From positions 99,452 to 163,451 of the forward strand of contig QCCZ01000001.1 in NCBI GenBank assembly GCA_003281085.1: a DNA stretch of 64,000 bases, in the 5' to 3' direction. Shown piece by piece: positions 58,739 to 64,000 of this stretch. Source of the DNA: OCS155 cluster bacterium AG-349-E07 (lineage in GTDB: Bacteria; Actinomycetota; Acidimicrobiia; Actinomarinales; Actinomarinaceae). Both the position numbers and the translations under genes were made by a program. Positions within the stretch are counted from its first letter, which is position 1. The number at the start of each line of letters is the position of its first letter. A model generated the notes under the pieces. That model searched no databases and was not told where the DNA came from. It was given only the letters and a program-made list of their open reading frames with translations.

Positions 58739-59389
58739 TTATTTGTTCCACTGTGATAATTTTCCAGCTGGAAAACTCACGTTATTTCTCCAAAGGTTGC
58801 AAACACCAGTCACAACGGTTGGAGGATTTTTTACATATTGCATGGCATCTGCCATGATTTCTTGAAACTTTTCTTGTGATGCATCCAAAGATTCCTGGTC
58901 CTCCCAGGTACTCATTGTTACCACAGAACCACCAACATCAGCAGCTGATGCACCCATTAGTCCTGGGGTTCCTTCATAACCAGCAAACACAGTATTCTGT
59001 ATCCAATCAGTTGCTTCCTCTATTTTGCCATCTTGGTATTCGGCTCCAAATCCAAGTCGAGCGACAAAAGGCTCCCCGTCTCTATCGCCCTTCATTAAGT
59101 TTTGGTAAATTTGCCCAGCATTCATTGGACCGTGTGAAATAGTTGGTGGGCCAGCAATATAATCTGCCAATCCTCCCAAAGCTTCTTGAATTTGAGGGCC
59201 TGCAGCATTCATTGCATCTTCGCTTGCCCATGTTGTCCAAGAAGTCATTTGGCCATTACTCATTTCAGCTATACAAATCTGATATAGTCCTGGTGTATCA
59301 ACAAATGAATCCATGACACCTGATGCGTAAGCAATGGTTTCATCCATTTTTCCTTCTTGTACATCTACTTGAGTTAATCTAAAATACAT
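58739..59389 (-). CDS. paralog 2 of the double ABM/Dabb-like domain family
   Basis: MYFRLTQVDVQEGKMDE...SWTTWASEDAMNAA parallels MYVRLGLANPKEGMAED...AWTTWANNEAKEAA. Confidence 0.45.
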   Translation of the reverse strand: MYFRLTQVDVQEGKMDETIAYASGVMDSFVDTPGLYQICIAEMSNGQMTSWTTWASEDAMNAAGPQIQEALGGLADYIAGPPTISHGPMNAGQIYQNLMKGDRDGEPFVARLGFGAEYQDGKIEEATDWIQNTVFAGYEGTPGLMGASAADVGGSVVTMSTWEDQESLDASQEKFQEIMADAMQYVKNPPTVVTGVCNLWRNNVSFPAGKLSQWNK

Positions 59390-59415
59390 TTTCCTCCTTT
59401 AACAAATCAATAGTA

Positions 59416-60057
59416 TTAAATTTTTCCTACTGGAAAATCAACATAATTTTTCCAAACGTTGCATTCACCGGTAAGTTCTTTGGGGGCTTCTTTTATCAAG
59501 CTTGCGACTGCATCTGAAACAACAGATGAAATTACTTCTGAAGCCGCGTGCGCGGCATCATGGCTTGTCCAAAAGTTAAAACTAAACCCACTATTTTCAT
59601 CTACTTTGCAAGCTCCAGTAGCATAAATACCCTCTACATTTTCATATGCTGTATAAACAGTATTTGTCATAAAATCAGCAATGTCATCGTAAGTTTTTCC
59701 TTCTTGTGTGCCTCCACCCATTACAAATCTTGCAAAAAATGGCTCTTCACCATCTTTAGGTACCATAATGTATTGTTGTCCAGCTACCATTGGGCCCTCA
59801 AGAATAGTTGGAGGTTCATTCAACAGTTCAGCAAGCCCAGCAAGGTTCTGTTGGAATTCAGCCATAGCTGCTTCTTTAGCTTCATTATTAGCCCATGTTG
59901 TCCAAGCCATAAGCTGTCCTTCATTATTAATGCATGCAGCAGCTCCTAATAGTCCGCTTACCTGATCGTATACTGGTATTGCTACGTCCCTAAAGTAATT
60001 TAAAGCGTCTTCTGCCATACCTTCTTTGGGGTTCGCTAATCCTAGTCTTACATACAT
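59416..60057 (-). CDS. paralog 1 of the double ABM/Dabb-like domain family
   Basis: as above; two ferredoxin-like alpha+beta half-domains. Confidence 0.45.
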   Translation of the reverse strand: MYVRLGLANPKEGMAEDALNYFRDVAIPVYDQVSGLLGAAACINNEGQLMAWTTWANNEAKEAAMAEFQQNLAGLAELLNEPPTILEGPMVAGQQYIMVPKDGEEPFFARFVMGGGTQEGKTYDDIADFMTNTVYTAYENVEGIYATGACKVDENSGFSFNFWTSHDAAHAASEVISSVVSDAVASLIKEAPKELTGECNVWKNYVDFPVGKI

Positions 60058-60060
60058 AAA

Positions 60061-60594
60061 CTATTCTTTCTTATTCCAAGCAAGTAGTGGGCCTATTCCG
60101 ACACCTGCAATAAATGCTAAGAAAAAAACAAACTGGAAAGGAGTATCTGCAATGATATTAGTTCCAGTAATAAATTCACTACCAGCTCCTACAATTCCAG
60201 ACAATCCAGCGATAATCGCTGCATATCTCCAGATATTATCGATTACACCTTCTGAGGTTACACCTAGGCCTAATATTACAAATCCAAATAATGTCCAAAC
60301 ACCAGAAGTGTTTAGATCTTCATTAATACCAAGAAGTGATGCAACAAACACTGCCGCAGCAATCATTGTGTATCCCTGTCTCCAATCTTCAGGAACTGTA
60401 TCTCCTTGAAGATCTTTCAATCCCAAAAGTATTCCTACAAGTGAAAAGGACCAGAATAATTGAAGTACATTTTCAAAAACTCCATAATCTAGTTCAGCTA
60501 TGCCTCCAACAAACCAAACAACATTTATAGCTATAAACATGTAGGCTGCTTGTTGTGATCCTTCTTTAACGTCCTGTATAAAGAACTTTTTCAT
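60061..60594 (-). CDS. small membrane protein, NIWRY-motif family paralog C
   Basis: shares NIWRY.AI..GL and C-terminal AWNK.E with 60634 and 61213. Confidence 0.4.
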   Translation of the reverse strand: MKKFFIQDVKEGSQQAAYMFIAINVVWFVGGIAELDYGVFENVLQLFWSFSLVGILLGLKDLQGDTVPEDWRQGYTMIAAAVFVASLLGINEDLNTSGVWTLFGFVILGLGVTSEGVIDNIWRYAAIIAGLSGIVGAGSEFITGTNIIADTPFQFVFFLAFIAGVGIGPLLAWNKKE

Positions 60595-60633
60595 TTTATT
60601 TTCTTTCTCCTTTTTCTAATATTCTCTTTCTTT

Positions 60634-61191
60634 TTAATCTTCTCTCTTGTTCCAAGCTGTATATGTTCCAACCCCTATTCCAAGAAGCCATGAAACATAA
60701 AAAACTAAACCAATAGGAAATACCCATTCAGGCAAACTATCAAAGAATGAGCCATCAAAGAAATAATCATATCCTATAAAAAAAAGCAGACCTAATGAGC
60801 CAGTTATTGCCATGTACCTCCATATGTTTGAGACAACGCCTTCAGCAACAACATTGAATCCAATTATCGTTATCAATATAAACAAATAAATTCCATCAGT
60901 ATTTATAGGAGCTTCTGTTCCAATGTAAGCTGTATCAAAGATTCCAAAACCTAAAGCCACAGCTGCGATCATTGCTGTTCCGGTTTCCCAACTTTTTGGA
61001 ACATTATTGTTTTCGACTAATTGGTAACTTAACAAAATCACATTAGCAAAAGCGACTGCCCCAAAAAATGCAATTAGTTTATCTAAACCATTTATTCCTA
61101 GCTCAAGAAAGCCATAGACTTCTGAAAAGATAAACATAATCGCAGATCCTTTAGCTTGTTGTTTATCTGGTTGTACAAAAAATGATCTCAT
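60634..61191 (-). CDS. small membrane protein, NIWRY-motif family paralog B
   Basis: see above. Confidence 0.4.
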   Translation of the reverse strand: MRSFFVQPDKQQAKGSAIMFIFSEVYGFLELGINGLDKLIAFFGAVAFANVILLSYQLVENNNVPKSWETGTAMIAAVALGFGIFDTAYIGTEAPINTDGIYLFILITIIGFNVVAEGVVSNIWRYMAITGSLGLLFFIGYDYFFDGSFFDSLPEWVFPIGLVFYVSWLLGIGVGTYTAWNKRED

Positions 61192-61212
61192 CGATTAAAC
61201 TCCTGTTCTTTT

Positions 61213-61842
61213 TTATTCAACTTCATTGCTTGTGGTTGATTTATCACCCCAGGCAAAATAATTTCCTAAACTAAAACCAATTATCAAAACAAGCCATCCA
61301 ATAAATCCAAATTGTTGAAAGGAATCTGTAGGCTCAAAGCCAAAAAATAGAGTTGCTGAGCTTCCAATAAGTAGAAACAGTGCTCCAAGAATTGTCATGT
61401 TCTCATAAATTGGACGAAATACTCCATTACCTCTGAGAGTAACGCTATAAATTAATGAATTAAATGCCCAAAAAAAGTACATTGGTAGAAATCCATCTTC
61501 TAATTCAGTAATTTCAAGAAATGTTCCGAATATTATGACTGTAGCTAAAATGCTGTGTGCTGATCTCCAATAATCTGGAACATGATCTTCAGCAAGATAA
61601 TATGCAGTAATAACTATTGTGGCGAGAGAGAAACCCCAGATGAAGTTTATCAAATCTTCAAGCGCATCAAGTGCTGTTATGCCTGATAGCTCTAATGCTA
61701 CAAATAAAAGATTCAAGACCAAAAATGTAATAGCATTTTGTCTTGCTAAATTGCCGATTGGTTGCGTAAAAAATGTTTTCATAAGATAACCTACCTTCCA
61801 TAAGCTCCGTTTATTAATTTTTTGGCGTAATTTAACTTCCAT
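61213..61842 (-). CDS. small membrane protein, NIWRY-family-related paralog A (more diverged)
   Basis: PDYWRSAHSILATVIIFG parallels P(K/E)SW..G.AMIAA; C-terminal YFAWGDK. Confidence 0.35.
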   Translation of the reverse strand: MEVKLRQKINKRSLWKVGYLMKTFFTQPIGNLARQNAITFLVLNLLFVALELSGITALDALEDLINFIWGFSLATIVITAYYLAEDHVPDYWRSAHSILATVIIFGTFLEITELEDGFLPMYFFWAFNSLIYSVTLRGNGVFRPIYENMTILGALFLLIGSSATLFFGFEPTDSFQQFGFIGWLVLIIGFSLGNYFAWGDKSTTSNEVE

Positions 61843-61898
61843 AAATTACATGGCCATTCTACAAAATTTTTATTGGGCTTGTGTTGGATTTTGTTAAA

Positions 61899-61920
61899 TT
61901 TGTGTAAAGTTTGTGTAAAT
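61899..61920. promoter_or_regulatory. tandem 11-bp direct repeat TTTGTGTAAAG / TTTGTGTAAAT (preceded by the degenerate ttgtgttggatt / ttgttaaatt) about 57-78 nt upstream of the 61842 start codon
   Basis: read directly. Confidence 0.4.
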
Positions 61921-62952
61921 CTAGGACTTTTCGAGAACTAATGGTTTTACTTCTTGCCCGATGAGGTTAAATGTCTGAAGAAGGTCATCATGAGACAGAC
62001 CAGCATTATCTATTTGAAAAGTAAAGCGTGAAATGCCTCCCAAAGCCTTGCTATGTCTGACTAATTTATCAGCAACTTCTTCTGGACCTCCAATAACATA
62101 AGCTCCTAAGTCACCAATTTGTTGTTCAAATCTCTCCATAGTAACTGGTGGCCAGCCACGCTCTTTGCCAATTTGGTTAAACCAAACTCTATAGCCCGGA
62201 TAGTATTTTTCCACTGCTTCTTCTTTTGTGTTTGCCACGAAACCAAGTGAGTGAAGTCCTATTTTCAAGGAAGATTTTTCATGGCCTGCCTCTTCAGCAG
62301 CTTTATAGTAAAGATCAACTAACGGCTTAAACCTATGTGTCTCACCTCCAATTACAGCAATCATAAGAGGTAGGCCTAAGGAACCTGCTCGAACAAATGA
62401 TGCGGGAGTTCCTCCAACACCTACCCATATTGGTAATTTTTTTTGAACAGGCCTTGGATAAACAATCTGATTTTCTAGAGGTGGTCTAAATCTTCCGGAC
62501 CAAGTAACTTGTTGTTCATCTCTGATTTTCAAAAGAAGATCAAGTTTCTCAGCATAGAGGTCATCGTAATCACTAAAGTCAAGTCCAAATAAAGGAAAAG
62601 CCTCCGTAAAAGATCCTCTGCCTGCAACTATTTCTGCTCTGCCATTGGAAATCAAATCTAACGTTGAGTAATTTTGAAATAATCTTACTGGATCCATTGC
62701 ACTAATTACTGCGACTGCACTGGTTAAACGAATGTTATCTGTTTTTGATGCTGCAGCAGAAAGTATATTATGAGCTGCAGAATCTAGAAACTCTTCTCTA
62801 TGGTGCTCCCCAAGACCAAAAACATCAATACCAACTTTATCGGCATGTACAATTCGTTCAATGAGCTCAAACATAGCCTTTGCGTCATCATCAACAGTGC
62901 CTCCTTCATTTGTTAAAGTCTTCTTAGCAAAGGAGTCTATTCCTATTTCCAT
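61921..62952 (-). CDS. LLM-class (luciferase-like) flavin/F420-dependent oxidoreductase
   Basis: TIM-barrel LLM pattern (MEIGIDSF.., GRAEIVAGRGSF.., IVYPRPVQ). Confidence 0.7.
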   Translation of the reverse strand: MEIGIDSFAKKTLTNEGGTVDDDAKAMFELIERIVHADKVGIDVFGLGEHHREEFLDSAAHNILSAAASKTDNIRLTSAVAVISAMDPVRLFQNYSTLDLISNGRAEIVAGRGSFTEAFPLFGLDFSDYDDLYAEKLDLLLKIRDEQQVTWSGRFRPPLENQIVYPRPVQKKLPIWVGVGGTPASFVRAGSLGLPLMIAVIGGETHRFKPLVDLYYKAAEEAGHEKSSLKIGLHSLGFVANTKEEAVEKYYPGYRVWFNQIGKERGWPPVTMERFEQQIGDLGAYVIGGPEEVADKLVRHSKALGGISRFTFQIDNAGLSHDDLLQTFNLIGQEVKPLVLEKS

Positions 62953-62969
62953 TTGTGTAGTTTTAGGAT

Positions 62970-64000
62970 CTAAATATTCTTCAAAGTCTTAACAAGACTT
63001 TCGATTAGCATCTCAATATGGTCGATTTGTACGCTCTCATTTGGAGCATGAGCATTTCCTAGTTCTTCATCAGCAGCCCCAATTAAAACAAGTTCTGCAT
63101 TTGGAAACTCTCTGACAAAATCATTAGCAAAAGGAATTGATCCACCTACTCCTATATATGCAGTTTCGTTTTCCCAGGTAGAGTTAAAACTATTTACTAA
63201 TTCTGTAGTGAAAGGTTTGTTTGGATCTGCCACAACTCCCGAACCTTTAGAGTTTGGAATAAACTTAACGGATGCATCCCAAGGAATATTTTTCATTATG
63301 TGGTCCTCGAGCATTTTCATTGCATGGTCTGGGTCTTCTGTTGGCGGAAGTCTTAAACTGACTTTTGCCCTAGCTTTTGGAATAACTAAGTTAACAGCTT
63401 CTTTTACTGGCGGGGCGTCGATTGCAAGTACATCTAGCGCTGGTTCTAACCAGAGCCTCTTTGAAATACTTTCAGTATCAAAAAGGGCAATGTCATCTGA
63501 GCCAAGCATTTTTTTAAGAAAGGACTCCTCAAGTTCGGTAACTTTCATATCTGTAGAAGTTAAACCTTCTATCATGAGATTTCCTTTGTCATCGTGAAAC
63601 GAGGAAATGATTCTACTGAGTACCATAAAAGCATCTGGTACAACACCTCCTCCAACACCTGAATGAATTGGCCTCATTGGTTGATCAACTTCAATAATTC
63701 CATCAACTAAACCTCTAAGTGTTGTTGTAATAGTTGGTACTCCTATTTTTACATTTCCAGAATCGGCAATAATTATTACATCTGCCTCAAGCGCTTCTCT
63801 GTTTTGCTCTATGAATAAAGCCATTGTTGGAGACCCAATTTCTTCTTCACCTTCAATAAACACTTTTATGTTTACAGGCAGTTCATCAATTAATTGTTTT
63901 ATGACGTTGTAATGTACCACTACTCCAGATTTATTATCTCCAGATCCTCTGCCAAATAGTCTTCCATCAATCATTTCTGGTTGAAAAGGGTCAGTGTTCC
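62970..64000 (-). CDS. M20-family metallopeptidase/deacylase (ArgE/DapE/CPG2-like), 5'-partial: frame stays open to the window end
   Basis: GRGSGDNKSG, EGEEE, and C-terminal GxxDExxGxAHxPNE motifs; the first Met at 63974 lies in the middle of the M20 fold. Confidence 0.7.
   Translation of the reverse strand, partial: NTDPFQPEMIDGRLFGRGSGDNKSGVVVHYNVIKQLIDELPVNIKVFIEGEEEIGSPTMALFIEQNREALEADVIIIADSGNVKIGVPTITTTLRGLVDGIIEVDQPMRPIHSGVGGGVVPDAFMVLSRIISSFHDDKGNLMIEGLTSTDMKVTELEESFLKKMLGSDDIALFDTESISKRLWLEPALDVLAIDAPPVKEAVNLVIPKARAKVSLRLPPTEDPDHAMKMLEDHIMKNIPWDASVKFIPNSKGSGVVADPNKPFTTELVNSFNSTWENETAYIGVGGSIPFANDFVREFPNAELVLIGAADEELGNAHAPNESVQIDHIEMLIESLVKTLKNI

Noticed and set aside
59548-59965. 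Plus-strand ORFs inside the 59416..60057 paralog, plus similar embedded ORFs at 20542..21129, 21505..21768, 23855..24178, 24377..24625, 60026..60530 and 63208..63597
   Set aside because: All lie antisense within well-supported longer genes
1-64000. Mobile elements or prophage
   Set aside because: No transposase-, integrase- or phage-like ORF and no flanking terminal inverted repeats were seen. Composition looks uniform across the window, so there is no evidence of a horizontally acquired island from sequence alone

Overview
The window is strongly AT-rich (roughly one-third GC by eye) and densely packed with genes. The gene content points to a low-GC actinobacterium, plausibly a marine streamlined lineage. 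Supporting this: a WhiB regulator; the rpsF-ssb-rpsR-rplI-dnaB arrangement; glnII with an adjacent OmpR-type regulator resembling GlnR; and F420-type enzyme families (LLM class, PPOX class). No rRNA, tRNA, CRISPR array, transposase or integrase was found. Housekeeping genes present are argS, glnII, dnaB, ssb, rpsF/rpsR/rplI, panB, msrA, lysA, nfo and ptsI/ptsH. Four regions stand out.
(1) About 13.9-22.1 kb, minus strand: a long, tightly coupled operon built on a glucitol-family PTS (gutM, srlA, and a permuted and split srlE giving an EIIC-domain protein then an EIIB protein, then srlB). The usual SDR dehydrogenase is replaced by a COG4091-like SAF-domain oxidoreductase. Downstream come a TPP-dependent E1 alpha/beta pair and a free-standing 90-aa lipoyl-domain protein. 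Upstream sits ptsI, translationally coupled to an IspD/TarI-like cytidylyltransferase. This looks like an undescribed polyol-phosphate pathway.
(2) About 5.4-10.0 kb: an Fe-S assembly gene (IscA/ErpA-like) followed by mrp/apbC translationally coupled to selA and selB, the selenocysteine-decoding machinery. No selD, tRNA-Sec or UGA-containing selenoprotein is visible in the window.
(3) About 56.7-64.0 kb, minus strand: an operon of four paralogous proteins of about 212 aa, each an internally duplicated ferredoxin-like ABM/Dabb-type domain. They are interleaved with three paralogous small membrane proteins and a fourth membrane protein. Upstream are an LLM flavin/F420 oxidoreductase and an M20 peptidase. 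Tandem direct repeats lie in the promoter, and a strong bidirectional terminator closes the operon. I could assign no known function.
(4) About 50.0-50.5 kb: an intergenic region with a diverged tandem duplication of an approximately 180-bp unit, each copy carrying a conserved 9-bp-stem hairpin. This may be a pair of small RNA genes or REP-like elements.
Other notable items: a lipoprotein with a 5x TTTTQQET repeat and a duplicated Cys motif; a secreted ankyrin-repeat protein; a queuosine/nucleoside salvage-like trio; and P450 plus cystathionine gamma-lyase-like genes.
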